Shown here: positions 36,501 to 46,127 of the stretch, piece by piece
Layout: each line of letters starts with the position of its first letter
Position numbering within the stretch: the stretch's first letter is position 1
Assembly (NCBI GenBank): GCA_965215265.1
Contig: OZ244048.1
Span: 3,264,001 to 3,328,000 of the forward strand
DNA from: Candidatus Poribacteria bacterium
GTDB taxonomy: Bacteria > Poribacteria > WGA-4E > WGA-3G
DNA length: 64,000 bases
Reading direction: 5' to 3'
The notes under the pieces: model-generated
Seen by the model: only the letters and a program-made list of their open reading frames with translations
Told to the model about the DNA's origin: nothing
Databases searched by the model: none
Program-made: the position numbers and the translations under genes

Positions 36501-36705
36501 CCTCTCCCTTGCAAAAGAACGGCTCAAAGCAGATTGGCTTATTGACTGGCTCAAAGATCCGCAGTCGTTCCAACCCGGCACAGCGATGCCGCAAGCATGG
36601 CCGCTTGTCGGAGGACAGTACATGCCGCTTGAAGGGTACGCTGATGATGATGCGGAGAAGCAGATCCGACTGGTACGAGATTATCTAATTTCGTTAGGCC
36701 GTTAA
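33589..36705 (+). CDS. membrane-anchored octaheme cytochrome c
   Basis: Eight CxxCH motifs: CETCH, CTPCH, CRRCH, CHGCH, CLTCH, CFGCH, CSGCH, CISCH; N-terminal TM and coiled coil. GGAGGT before GTG33589. Confidence 0.92.
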   Translation: MRSKREIPAENKSYSALFFILSGLLGLVTLWGFWSEMITRRPWKQIQQEFYQYEYEKTRAALEKIELELPERTSPKKAEPKVLSQLMRNVETAQVTLDEAMQERKFRQSESDAINYKYQHSLHGAKAHGAGERDETVKKWAMKLAEFESAIEGELTAAVLQAETGFAAANKALAQFYQSNSDWENALSTYLIAQKYNSADTEISDSIATVQMELSALKAVKATHEEVARLQEKQDSVSGIKRSFLGSLLENPFHKTRTIVQHYLEEFDYTADRCETCHFSADRSGYETSARETFEVEGDGENKVSYQLEHSRIKPGSESVVIDGFEAEEDEYTLEDNGTITFNDVDVFGEVEIEYETAYRPVLQTHPHRDVLLAKHPIDRFGCTPCHGGQGQALTAKSAHALTHAEYWLTPVLGLDEHTGRISEETKGYMESNCRRCHDGVMMLDAKNPETGEQQDYAPNLTKGLGLFEDLGCHGCHAVEGYSAIETINKVGPSLAKVGSKVQDIAWLENWLKKPEAYMPDTKMPNFFPTAGMSQIVYLKNGGKRIGAVTKTADGIIIKTDDGTEYPYPNSYVTRIVDEVKSIAAYLAQMQDDSLDTVQTYPTSEKAIKAGEETVKTVGCLTCHAVDGLGSDFGPALDSVGAKVTAGYLRQWVTDPQAYDADTAMPSLRLSQTEIDNVVAYLMSLKQPTPVAVSESVGDVDVTEGEVLVRTYGCFGCHEIPGFENESKVGADLGEFGGKTVEEFDFGDTVDVEHSWTGWTLGKITNPRRYQTRRIVSRMPVFQLDEEEAKALAVLLKSFQAAKYPLSYIHQRSEKLNHIDAGRRLVKKYNCSGCHEIEGKGGSYVDVVMAHEGLDAINAKQFSPPTLQSEGAKVYPDWLFEFLKVPSDIRYGLKVRMPTFGLSDDEATTFVKYFSALDDEPFPYETLELPVATRAELRVGKQVFDVLQCISCHPAKGEVIPEGSDKAGRPDLSLAKERLKADWLIDWLKDPQSFQPGTAMPQAWPLVGGQYMPLEGYADDDAEKQIRLVRDYLISLGR

Positions 36706-36731
36706 CGCATAAAGCACAGCCTCTGGGAACA

Positions 36732-37088
36732 ATGAAGCATCTTACCGTTGTTATCGTCATGGTTATTGTCTGGCTTAACGGCTTAATCTGGTTAGGTAAA
36801 CAGGTTGACCCGAGCACGAGGTATCAGTCGCAAGTAGAATACAGATATGCCCGGTACTGTGCAGGCTGTCACGGAAATAGTGGTGAAGGCAACGGACGAA
36901 TAGGCAGATTCAAAAGGCTAGAACCGGCTAATCTCACTGATGTCACTTTGTGGGAAATGCACAGTGATGAACAATTGCTGGACAGTATTAATGCCGGAAA
37001 GAACAATATGCCTGCATTTCATTACTACCTTAGTGATGAGGAGCAACGAGAGATTCTCGCCTATATTAAGGAAACGTTTCTCCGGTAA
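36732..37088 (+). CDS. small monoheme cytochrome c
   Basis: CAGCH, PANLT, MPAF. Confidence 0.9.
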   Translation: MKHLTVVIVMVIVWLNGLIWLGKQVDPSTRYQSQVEYRYARYCAGCHGNSGEGNGRIGRFKRLEPANLTDVTLWEMHSDEQLLDSINAGKNNMPAFHYYLSDEEQREILAYIKETFLR

Positions 37089-37254
37089 ATTTCCAAGAGA
37101 CAGATATAAAACTGTCATGTTGAATTATTTGCTTTTTGGATTCTTGTGGTGTTAACATGTTATGGTGATTTTTTTTTGTAGGACCGAACGTTCAGCAGTG
37201 TCCTACATGACTCTTTTGTAATAGATTGAATTTTACTAAAATGGAGGAAAAGTC

Positions 37255-38007
37255 ATGAAAATTATAGTTGCGTTGCTTGTCTTGGGTTTAATCGCGAGTG
37301 CTGCTTATGCCGGTAATATCACCGGTACGGTTCTCTACGAAGGGGATGCTCCTGCACGCGCGATGTTAACAGCTACCAACGACCAGCATTGCATTGACGC
37401 TGTAAAAGGCACAAAATCCGAGACACTCGTTGTCTCAAAAGGGAAGGGTATTAAGAACGTTGTTATTTACGCCCGCGTACGCGGTGCGAAAGTTACCGTT
37501 CCCGATAAAAATCCAGTTATGGACCAAAAGGGATGTGCGTATTTCCCGCATGTGCTCGCAGTTGTAGCAGGTTCCACCGTGGATATTACGTCCAGTGATC
37601 CGATAGCACACAACGTCCATTCGCACGCACAAAAGAATGAAGCAATAAACTATCAAATTCCGCAACCCGGGAAAGTTATCCCGCACAAAATAGAAAAAGC
37701 AGAGCAGATTAAGTTTACTTGTGATATCCACGCGTGGATGACAGGCTATATTGTTGCTGTTGCCAGTAACTTTTTTGCTGTGACCGGTGATAAAGACGAT
37801 GAAGGGAATTGGCTGAGTTCAGATGCGTATGAAGCCTCGGAGGACAAAGGTACCTACACTCTGGCAGAGGTCCCTGCAGGTAAAGTCCGGGTCATTGCTT
37901 GGCATGAAGAGCTTGGTTCTGCGAACAAAACGGTTGAAGTGCCGGCGAGCGGTGATATTAATGTAAACTTTACGAGTGCTGATTTTAAAAAGCGCGCGAG
38001 GAAATAA
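37255..38007 (+). CDS. secreted cupredoxin-like / carboxypeptidase-regulatory-like domain protein
   Basis: Signal peptide; DQKGC, HNVH, CDIHAWM, AWHE. Confidence 0.8.
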   Translation: MKIIVALLVLGLIASAAYAGNITGTVLYEGDAPARAMLTATNDQHCIDAVKGTKSETLVVSKGKGIKNVVIYARVRGAKVTVPDKNPVMDQKGCAYFPHVLAVVAGSTVDITSSDPIAHNVHSHAQKNEAINYQIPQPGKVIPHKIEKAEQIKFTCDIHAWMTGYIVAVASNFFAVTGDKDDEGNWLSSDAYEASEDKGTYTLAEVPAGKVRVIAWHEELGSANKTVEVPASGDINVNFTSADFKKRARK

Positions 38008-38182
38008 ATTTTTCATATTTTGGTATATGGCCTACTGTACGTCTTCTTCGCGTGAATGGCTTGACTTTCATCTCGTCAGGGGTAGTTTTGCTGATAGATA
38101 ATCGTCAAAACGTCTTTCGTGAGTGGCCGTCGGCTGTTTGATACCGAGCAAGCCTAAAAAAAAGACTGAGAGAAATAAAAGA

Positions 38183-40072
38183 ATGCGTTGTTGCTCTTCC
38201 GTAATAACAAAGAAGTTCTATTTGCTACTTGGCTGTTTTCTACTCGTTTATGCCTTGCTGGCAGTTGTGCCAGCCTTTGCACAAGATATGAGCGATGCTG
38301 AATATCGCACTTTCCCGAAGATTGGTAGCCGTAATGCGGCGTGGATTGCAGCACAACTGCACCTACTATTTGGCTCTTTCATCCTCGGTGTTCCAATGTT
38401 CGCAGTTATCATTGAATTTATAGGTTGGAAGAGCAAAGATCCGCGCTACGATAGAATGGCGCAAGAGTTTATTAAACTCTGTATGGGTGCATTTTCGACA
38501 ACAGCGCTCCTCGGTGGTGTGCTTGTCTTTATCCTAATCTGGTGCTATCCGAAAGTGATGAGCAAGCTGAGTGGCATCTTCGGTCCCACGATGATTTTCT
38601 ATGTTGTCCTATTCTTCGGTGAAACGTTTACCCTCTATCTCTATTCGTACGGCTGGGATAAAATGCAAGGCAGACATAAAGGTTGGCACCTCTTCCTCGG
38701 TGTACTGCTTAATGTGTTCGGTACTGCGATAATGTTTGTTTCAAATTCGTGGCTCACCTATCAGACAAGCCCTGCGACGCAATACGGCAAACTGTCTGAA
38801 TCAACACGGCAAGCGTGGTTAGAAAATCAATTGTCCCAGAATCCTGAGTTGACACGAACTGAAGTCATGGAGGGGATCACCGACGCAACCGTGATTCCAC
38901 TCCATAACGAGACAACCGGAGAGTTTTTAGCTACCGTTTGGGAAGCAGTGAATAATTTTACGTGGATGCCGGTTAACATTCACCGGCTCATCGGGAATAT
39001 TGCGTTCGGGGGTTCAATTGTTGCGGCCTATGCAGCGTTCCGATTCCTCGTTGCGAAAACGAAAGAGGATAAGGCTCACTATGACTGGATGGGTTATACT
39101 GGTAATTTCATCGCCCTATGTGGGCTCATTCCACTGCCTTTCGCTGGTTACTGGCTGGGGCGAGAAATCTACATGTTTAACAATACGATGGGCATCAACA
39201 TGATGGGGAGTCTGTTTTCCTGGCTGTTTATCATCCAAGCCGTCATGATTGGTGTGCTCTTTATCGGCGCGAACTATTATCTCTGGTCGGGAATGGGAAG
39301 GATTGACGGTGCGCAGATATACGCTCGTTATCGTCCGTATATGATCACGATTATTGTTATCTGTGTGGCTATCTGGATGACACCCCGTACCTTATCAAAA
39401 ATTTCTACTTCAAGTGAACTGAGCGCGATGGGTGGAGCCAATCATCCGCATCTTGGCCTGTTCGGATTAATGACTGCAAAAAACACGGCGGTTAACATTA
39501 TTATTTTAACCACGTTTTTGAGTTTCCTTTTTTATAGACGTTCAGGTAAGTCGCCTACAGCAAGTTGGAAAAAAGTGGGGAACATCGCGATTTCTTCTAT
39601 TTTCTTCTTCTCTGTTGTCTCGATTGTGGTTATCGGCATCGTTGGGTTTACCGTTCCAACGGATTTGCGTGTCAACGTGTTGACTCCGTATCAAGTTCTG
39701 ATTGCGCTCGCCGTTATGGTAGCCGTGACAGTGATTGATATTTTTATGTATAGAAAAGCGACTATGGCTGGCACGATTAAATGGGGTGAGATGTCAGACC
39801 GGTCGCAGTACGTGTTAATCCTATTGGCAATCACCTTTACGTCTTTGATGGGCTTGATGGGGTATGCCCGTTCGGGTCTTCGCGAAGCATGGCACATCTT
39901 CGGTGTAATGCAGGATACATCGCCTGATGCGTTTACCCCGCTCTTGAGTGAAGCCGTGAACATCGTTGCAATTATCATGGTCCTTTTCTTTGCCCTCGTG
40001 GGGTTCATCTTCTGGCTGGGTTTATGGGGCGAAAAGAAGAAGGAAAAAGCTGTTCCAATGGAAACAGAATGA
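38183..40072 (+). CDS. cytochrome bd subunit I-like ('bd-like oxidase') membrane protein
   Basis: AQLHLLFGSFILGVP, NIHRLIGNIAFGG, MGLMGYARSGLR..WHI; many TM helices; no cydB nearby. Start uncertain (38123 or 38183). Confidence 0.82.
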   Translation: MRCCSSVITKKFYLLLGCFLLVYALLAVVPAFAQDMSDAEYRTFPKIGSRNAAWIAAQLHLLFGSFILGVPMFAVIIEFIGWKSKDPRYDRMAQEFIKLCMGAFSTTALLGGVLVFILIWCYPKVMSKLSGIFGPTMIFYVVLFFGETFTLYLYSYGWDKMQGRHKGWHLFLGVLLNVFGTAIMFVSNSWLTYQTSPATQYGKLSESTRQAWLENQLSQNPELTRTEVMEGITDATVIPLHNETTGEFLATVWEAVNNFTWMPVNIHRLIGNIAFGGSIVAAYAAFRFLVAKTKEDKAHYDWMGYTGNFIALCGLIPLPFAGYWLGREIYMFNNTMGINMMGSLFSWLFIIQAVMIGVLFIGANYYLWSGMGRIDGAQIYARYRPYMITIIVICVAIWMTPRTLSKISTSSELSAMGGANHPHLGLFGLMTAKNTAVNIIILTTFLSFLFYRRSGKSPTASWKKVGNIAISSIFFFSVVSIVVIGIVGFTVPTDLRVNVLTPYQVLIALAVMVAVTVIDIFMYRKATMAGTIKWGEMSDRSQYVLILLAITFTSLMGLMGYARSGLREAWHIFGVMQDTSPDAFTPLLSEAVNIVAIIMVLFFALVGFIFWLGLWGEKKKEKAVPMETE

Positions 40073-40094
40073 TAAATTATTTAGGTACATATTA

Positions 40095-41609
40095 ATGTTA
40101 AACACGTTCATAAAAATTGCCGGTTTAGTCTTAATGGTCGTGAGTTTCATCGCGTATATCGCAGGTGCAGCTGCCTTTCCAATTGCCTCAGAGAACCTGC
40201 TGCCGTGGTCGGTCTGGTTTCTCATTGCGGTAATTGTAAACATTATTGTGTGGTCTAACGTTGTAAAATTGCTAACATTCTCGCTAGCTGTGATATGGTT
40301 TTATGCATTTGTCGCGGGACTCGTTCCGGAATCCTCTACGGCGGTAAATTTAACCACTCTTGATTGGAGTGACCCGGATGCAGTAGCGGAGCAAGGTGCC
40401 TTAGTTTTCAACGGGAAGGGCCAGTGCGCTGCGTGCCATACTGTAGACACGAGTGCCCCGAAAGGTAGATGTCCCGATTTGACAGACATAGGTATTAACG
40501 CGGCGAGTCGGGTTGCCGGGATGGATGCAAAGACATATCTGATTGAGTCGCTATATAAACCTGAGAATTATCTCGTACCGGGTTATGGCAAGATTATGCC
40601 GGCGGTGTGGAAGGCCCCGATCGCGTTATCAAAGTTGGAGATTGAAGCTGTCATCGCTTATTTGCAGAGTCAAGGTGGGGAAATAGACTCCACTCCGTAT
40701 GATGAACCTATTAATAGAGCTGACCCCGGTACGGTAGCAGCGGCCCTTCCCCCATTGCTTACCGGGGATGCAGAGCAGGGCAAAAAAGTTTTTGTTTCAG
40801 CGGCATGTATCTCCTGCCATGCAGTAAAAGGGATAGAAAGTCCTGCAGCCGGCGAAGTCAGTGAAGACTTTGAAGTCGTCACTGCACCCGATCTCTCTGA
40901 AATTGCAGCCTTTAACGACATGCGGTACATTGAGGAGTCGATCCTGAACCCTGGTGTGCAAATTGTGAGTGGTTACGGTGCAGTAACCGTCCGGGCGAAC
41001 GGGGCGAGTTTACAAGGCACCCTGGTCTCACAAGATACTGAACAAATCGTTGTCCGTACCAAAACGGCCGATGGCGTAGAGGAGGAACACACCCTCCAAT
41101 TGATGGAACTGGATGATGAACCTATTGAGGATTTGGCAAATCTGAAAGCGAAGGGCTATTTTACATTAACACTAACACCAACAGATGCAGATGCGCCTGT
41201 GAGCGGTGAAATTGTTGAAGAGAGCGAAGACACCGTAACCCTCAAGGTAGGTGAAGAAAACCGAACGTTGTCTAAAGTTGATGTGAAAAGTCAATTGACG
41301 GTTCTCACCTATGATGGAGACGAAATTGTCGGAGCCGTAGTATCAGGAACGCCGGACGACGATGAAATCGTTTTAAGCGTTGACGGTAGCGAGGTGGTAA
41401 TTGATACGTTTGACATTGAGGAAGCCACTTTCACCCGTGCATTCGGTAAGAAGCTTCTTGTGACATCACCGATGCCTGAAAATTTTCCACTTCTTCTATC
41501 AGTAGCGGATCTGAGCCATCTGCTTGCTTTCTTAAGTTCACTTACAGGGGAAACAGCAACAGCAGAAGCTTCCGCTTCTACTGATGCCTCGGAAGTTTCA
41601 TCGGAATAA
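40095..41609 (+). CDS. membrane-bound diheme cytochrome c with inserted beta-rich repeats
   Basis: Three N-terminal TM segments; GKGQCAACH..CPDL, CISCH..SPMP. Confidence 0.85.
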   Translation: MLNTFIKIAGLVLMVVSFIAYIAGAAAFPIASENLLPWSVWFLIAVIVNIIVWSNVVKLLTFSLAVIWFYAFVAGLVPESSTAVNLTTLDWSDPDAVAEQGALVFNGKGQCAACHTVDTSAPKGRCPDLTDIGINAASRVAGMDAKTYLIESLYKPENYLVPGYGKIMPAVWKAPIALSKLEIEAVIAYLQSQGGEIDSTPYDEPINRADPGTVAAALPPLLTGDAEQGKKVFVSAACISCHAVKGIESPAAGEVSEDFEVVTAPDLSEIAAFNDMRYIEESILNPGVQIVSGYGAVTVRANGASLQGTLVSQDTEQIVVRTKTADGVEEEHTLQLMELDDEPIEDLANLKAKGYFTLTLTPTDADAPVSGEIVEESEDTVTLKVGEENRTLSKVDVKSQLTVLTYDGDEIVGAVVSGTPDDDEIVLSVDGSEVVIDTFDIEEATFTRAFGKKLLVTSPMPENFPLLLSVADLSHLLAFLSSLTGETATAEASASTDASEVSSE

Positions 41610-41620
41610 GGAGGTAAACC

Positions 41621-42397
41621 ATGAAGCGGCTATCGCTTTTCACAAAATGTCTCATAATTTTCGTTGGGTGCTGGGTATTCTTGCGCTTTATCGTTGGGGG
41701 CTTTATCTCAGTACCGATACCGGGTAGCGTAATTTCGATGTATATGGGGCTGGTTGTCTTGGCTATCTTGGTGCATGTCTCCGTTGAAGATTCTCGTTTT
41801 AGTGAGTTTCTCCGCCCTATTCTTGAAACGGTTGTTGATGAGAATAGACGTATCCGCCGGCGAGTTATAGCGGTGCTGATTCCGCTAGCTTTACTCGGTT
41901 ATACCTATTCGATTTTCGCACAACGCACAAACCCTCCGGGCAATCCACGTGATGCACACCCATCGCCGCCTCTTGAACTCACCTACAAAGATGAGGTTAT
42001 TGGTAAAATGCAGGAGGTGGAAAACCCCTTCCGACACTATGAAAAAGACGACCCGGATGCGTTTAAGGCACATGTAGAAAACGGCAGGCGTGTCTACTAC
42101 CAGAACTGCTTTTACTGCCACGGTGATGATTTAGATGGGCAAGGTCATTTCGCACCGCATCTGCAGCCACTGCCTGCGAATTTCCAGGATCCGGGTATCA
42201 TTCCAAACTTTCAGGAATCTTTCTTGTTTTGGCGAATTAGCAAAGGAGGTCCGGGTTTACCTGCAGCAGGTACGCCGTGGGATTCTGCTATGCCTATTTG
42301 GGAGGATTATTTGACAAAAGATGAAATTTGGGATGTCATTCTATTCCTATCGGATTATACTGGTTATCATCCGCGGACTTTTGGGGAAGGACACTAG
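41621..42397 (+). CDS. membrane-bound monoheme cytochrome c
   Basis: CFYCHGD, PANF, FWRISKGGPGLP, SAMP; AGGAGG RBS. Confidence 0.9.
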   Translation: MKRLSLFTKCLIIFVGCWVFLRFIVGGFISVPIPGSVISMYMGLVVLAILVHVSVEDSRFSEFLRPILETVVDENRRIRRRVIAVLIPLALLGYTYSIFAQRTNPPGNPRDAHPSPPLELTYKDEVIGKMQEVENPFRHYEKDDPDAFKAHVENGRRVYYQNCFYCHGDDLDGQGHFAPHLQPLPANFQDPGIIPNFQESFLFWRISKGGPGLPAAGTPWDSAMPIWEDYLTKDEIWDVILFLSDYTGYHPRTFGEGH

Positions 42398-42400
42398 ACA

Positions 42401-44131
42401 ATGTTACGTGTATATAGAAAAATAACCTGCTTGATGATGTTCTTGGGGTGTAGTGTTCTGTTTGCAGAAATATCAAATTTCTCGTTAATATATGCTCAAA
42501 ACGCGCCACAGGCCTCCGAAAAAGGAAAAGCGATTTATGAAAAAAGCTGCGCACACTGCCACGGTATTGAGGGCCGCGGCGATGGTTCTGCTGCTGAAAA
42601 TCTCCTTCCAAGACCGAGAGATTTCACACGTGGCTTGTACAAAATCCGTTCAACTCAGGCTGGAGAGCTTCCGACCGATCAGGATTTGTTTGACATTATC
42701 AACAAAGGAATGCCTGGTTCTTCAATGCCCGGTTGGGAAACCTCCCTGAGTGCTGCTGACCGCTGGGAGGTTGTCGCCTATATTAAAACATTTTACGATG
42801 ACTTTGAAGAGAACGAAATACCGCCGCGGCAAATAGATTTCTCTGGGAAAATCCCGTACTCAGAACAGAGCGTTGAAACGGGCAAAGTACTTTATGTAGA
42901 GCTTGGTTGCGTAGAATGCCACGGCAATATCGGCCGTGGCGACGGTACTTCTGCACCGACGCTCACCGATGAATGGGGATTTCAGACATGGCCGGCAAAT
43001 CTGACACAGGGTTGGAATTTCAGAGGTGGCAGTGGCACCGAGGACATCTTCAAACGGTTCATCGGCGGCATTGCCGGTTCGCCTATGCCTGCTTTTGAGG
43101 GTGACAGTTTCCTACACTTCGGACTCACTGCAGCGGAATCCAAACGTCTTACCGAATTAGAAGGCAAAGATGAGATGACAGAAGCCGAAGAAGAGGAATC
43201 CGGACAATTTTACGAGAAAATGGATGCTGCTGTTGACATTGCCCTCAATATAGCGGAAGGTACAGAATTGAGTGCTGATGAACAACGTACCTTTGATGAA
43301 GCTATGAAAGTTGTGTATGAAAAGAGTTGGCATTTGGCGAACTATGTCAAATCCCTTTCGCCGGAAAAACGCCCAGAGTCGGCGATTGGAAACCGTGTCC
43401 TCCGGGCACAATATTTAACCGGAGACCTGCCGCGAATGGGTGACGCTGCATGGGACACACTAAGATCTAGCCACTTCCCACTTGTTGGACAAATCATCAT
43501 TGAACCCCGGCAATTCAACCCGACAATTGACTCGGTTAACGTCAAAGCGTTCTATAATGACAAAGAGGTGGCATTCCTTTTCACGTGGGATGATAGGACG
43601 CACACCACTGAATTAGAGGATGAACAAACCGGCAATGTCTTTGAAGATGCGCTGGCAATTCAATTTCCGGTGAAGATTCCTCAGGGACCAACATCCCCGA
43701 AGCCGTATTTTCTCTGGGGTGGACGACTTCCCGTCTATTTATGGCATTGGAAAGCTTCCGCACCAACCGATGTGACAGAGTTTACCGCTAAGGGAATTAA
43801 CAACGCAGAAACACAAGCCGTGCAAAGCGACATCCAAGCAGAAGGGACGTACGCAGATGGACAATACAGACTATGGGTAAAACGTGCCTTAGAAACTGAC
43901 GATAAGAAGGATCTGCAGCTTGAGCCGGGAGTGTTTGTGCCGATAGCGTTCTCTGCCTGGGATGGCGCGAATGGTGATATTAACACAAAACGTGCGATTT
44001 CTAGTTGGTATACTTTCGTACTTGAACCTGTTCCCTCTGCAAAAAGGTTTGTCTATCCACCTTTAGTGGCGCTACTCTCAGTCTGTGCGCTATTCGGCTT
44101 GCGCATGTTCATACGGCGGAGAAATGTATAA
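42401..44131 (+). CDS. diheme cytochrome c fused to an ethylbenzene-dehydrogenase-gamma (EB_dh/NxrC-like) domain with C-terminal TM
   Basis: CAHCH, CVECH, PRPRDF; DALAIQFP, PIAFSAWDG..SSW. Confidence 0.85.
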   Translation: MLRVYRKITCLMMFLGCSVLFAEISNFSLIYAQNAPQASEKGKAIYEKSCAHCHGIEGRGDGSAAENLLPRPRDFTRGLYKIRSTQAGELPTDQDLFDIINKGMPGSSMPGWETSLSAADRWEVVAYIKTFYDDFEENEIPPRQIDFSGKIPYSEQSVETGKVLYVELGCVECHGNIGRGDGTSAPTLTDEWGFQTWPANLTQGWNFRGGSGTEDIFKRFIGGIAGSPMPAFEGDSFLHFGLTAAESKRLTELEGKDEMTEAEEEESGQFYEKMDAAVDIALNIAEGTELSADEQRTFDEAMKVVYEKSWHLANYVKSLSPEKRPESAIGNRVLRAQYLTGDLPRMGDAAWDTLRSSHFPLVGQIIIEPRQFNPTIDSVNVKAFYNDKEVAFLFTWDDRTHTTELEDEQTGNVFEDALAIQFPVKIPQGPTSPKPYFLWGGRLPVYLWHWKASAPTDVTEFTAKGINNAETQAVQSDIQAEGTYADGQYRLWVKRALETDDKKDLQLEPGVFVPIAFSAWDGANGDINTKRAISSWYTFVLEPVPSAKRFVYPPLVALLSVCALFGLRMFIRRRNV

Positions 44132-44367
44132 GTTATTGGCGTAGACAGTCTGTTCTCGCCATCTTAGTAAAATGATGCAGGTCGCTTTGGGCGAGATGAG
44201 TACACGAATCTTCAACCAAAAAAGTCTGACCGCTTTAACCGACGAAAATTGCATAAGCGTTTGGTTTATGCAACAATAGATGGCACTGCTGCTATCTATC
44301 ACAATAACCCGTGCGAATCAAAGTAGATTCGTGCACACAAAGAACCGATAATAAAGGAGAGAAAAAG

Positions 44368-45156
44368 ATGAAAATCCGGATGTTTGCAGGCTTCGCGCTT
44401 CTACTCGCGTGTTGTTATGTTATAACTGTCTTTGCCGACCACCACGAGGAAGGCGAGATGAAAATGCTCGCGTTTCCTGAATCATATAAAGCCATGGCGG
44501 TAAGCAATGGTGGAACTATCACCGGTACCGTAACGTTTGAGGGCGACGTACCGGAGATGAAAATGCTGGAAATTACCAAAGACCAGGCGGTTTGTGCTGC
44601 TACAGAAAAGTACGATGAATCCCTTGTCGTCGGCGAAGGCGACGCTTTAAAAAATACAATTGTCTACTTAATAGACGTTAAACAGGGCAAAGATTTTGAC
44701 AAAGCGGTTAAACCAGAAATCGACCAGCAGGGGTGTCAGTTCACCCCACACGTTCAGATTGTTCCGGTCGGTACGCGCCTGATAATGCTGAATAGCGACA
44801 AAGTTAATCACAATGTCCATATCTTCAGCAGCATTAACAAACCGGTTAACAAACAGCAGACGAAAAATCGAAAAAAGATGCCGCTCGCTGGTGTCAAAAA
44901 AGCAGAGGGCCCGGTAGCGGTTAAGTGCGATATCCACGGCTGGATGTCCGCGTGGGTCGCTTACGTTCCACATCCCTATTTTGCCGTAAGCGATGAGAAG
45001 GGAAAGTTTACACTTGAAAATGTGCCCCCCGGTACCTATAAACTCGGATATTGGCATGAAACGTGCGGTACGAATAACGAATCGCCGGCTTCTGTTACAG
45101 TTGAGGCAGGCGGCACAGTCACGCAGGACTTCACGCTGAAAGTCGAGAAAATGTAG
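44368..45156 (+). CDS. second cupredoxin-like / carboxypeptidase-regulatory-like protein
   Basis: DQQGC, HNVH, CDIHGWM, HPYFAV, YWHE; AAGGAG RBS. Confidence 0.8.
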   Translation: MKIRMFAGFALLLACCYVITVFADHHEEGEMKMLAFPESYKAMAVSNGGTITGTVTFEGDVPEMKMLEITKDQAVCAATEKYDESLVVGEGDALKNTIVYLIDVKQGKDFDKAVKPEIDQQGCQFTPHVQIVPVGTRLIMLNSDKVNHNVHIFSSINKPVNKQQTKNRKKMPLAGVKKAEGPVAVKCDIHGWMSAWVAYVPHPYFAVSDEKGKFTLENVPPGTYKLGYWHETCGTNNESPASVTVEAGGTVTQDFTLKVEKM

Positions 45157-45162
45157 TAGACG

Positions 45163-46101
45163 GTGAAAAACACGCTTGAGGTAGAAAATCTTTCGCATAC
45201 ATATCAGACTAAGTCTGCACTGTGTGACGTGAGTTTTAGCGTGACATGCGGTGAAATTTTTGGACTCCTCGGACCCAACGGAAGCGGAAAAACAACCCTT
45301 TTCCGAATTCTCTCTACGCTGATGCGCCCAACTTCTGGACATGTCAAATTACTTGGTTACCAGTTAGCTACCGAATCAAAAGCGATTAGGAAGTTATTGG
45401 GGGTTGTTTTTCAACATCCAGGGCTGGATGGTAAACTGACGGTACGCGAAAATTTGCTGCATCATGGGCATCTTTACGGGCTCCTCGGTGCACCACTCCG
45501 GCACCGAATCGTCGAAATTCTTGAGCGCTTCGGTGTCGGGGACAGAGCGGATGAACGCGTTGAAATCCTCTCAGGCGGTTTGCAGCGGCGGGTTGAAATT
45601 GCTAAGGCACTGCTGCATGCTCCTCGTGTTTTGCTCCTTGATGAACCGAGCAGTGGATTGGATGTAGGTGCGCGTCAACAACTACGTGCCTACCTGAAAA
45701 TACTCGCTGGAACCGAAAACATCCTTGTGCTGCTAACGACGCACCTTTTGGATGAGGCAGAAGCATGCCACCGGGTCGGAATTCTGGATGCCGGCTGCTT
45801 AGTAGGGCTTGGCACACCGGATGAACTCAAAACGCAAGTCGGCGGTGATGTTGTACTGATTGAGAGTAGTAACGAACAAGGCGGCTTGCCCAACCTTGAG
45901 CCCTTCTGTACTCAGATTGCGGAGCAGTTTGGCGTTACAGCCTACGTCACCGAAAATCGTTTGCGTATTGAGTGTGAAAACGGACATGAGTTTGCGAGAG
46001 ACGTAGTCGCCGCTTTTCCTGATAAAATTCAGGCAGTGCGTTTCGGAAAACCGACGCTGGAGGATGTCTTTACAAAACTGACAGGGAATTCGCTGTTGTA
46101 G
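45163..46101 (+). CDS. ABC transporter ATP-binding protein (ABC-2/DrrA-like)
   Basis: GPNGSGKT, LSGG, LLLDEP, TTH. Confidence 0.93.
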   Translation: MKNTLEVENLSHTYQTKSALCDVSFSVTCGEIFGLLGPNGSGKTTLFRILSTLMRPTSGHVKLLGYQLATESKAIRKLLGVVFQHPGLDGKLTVRENLLHHGHLYGLLGAPLRHRIVEILERFGVGDRADERVEILSGGLQRRVEIAKALLHAPRVLLLDEPSSGLDVGARQQLRAYLKILAGTENILVLLTTHLLDEAEACHRVGILDAGCLVGLGTPDELKTQVGGDVVLIESSNEQGGLPNLEPFCTQIAEQFGVTAYVTENRLRIECENGHEFARDVVAAFPDKIQAVRFGKPTLEDVFTKLTGNSLL

Positions 46102-46127
46102 CGGAAGAATAACATGCTGAGATTCAG

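Noticed and set aside
42401-44131. Evidence for nitrite oxidation (nxrC)
   Set aside because: No catalytic molybdopterin or Fe-S subunits in the window; domain similarity alone does not show the pathway.
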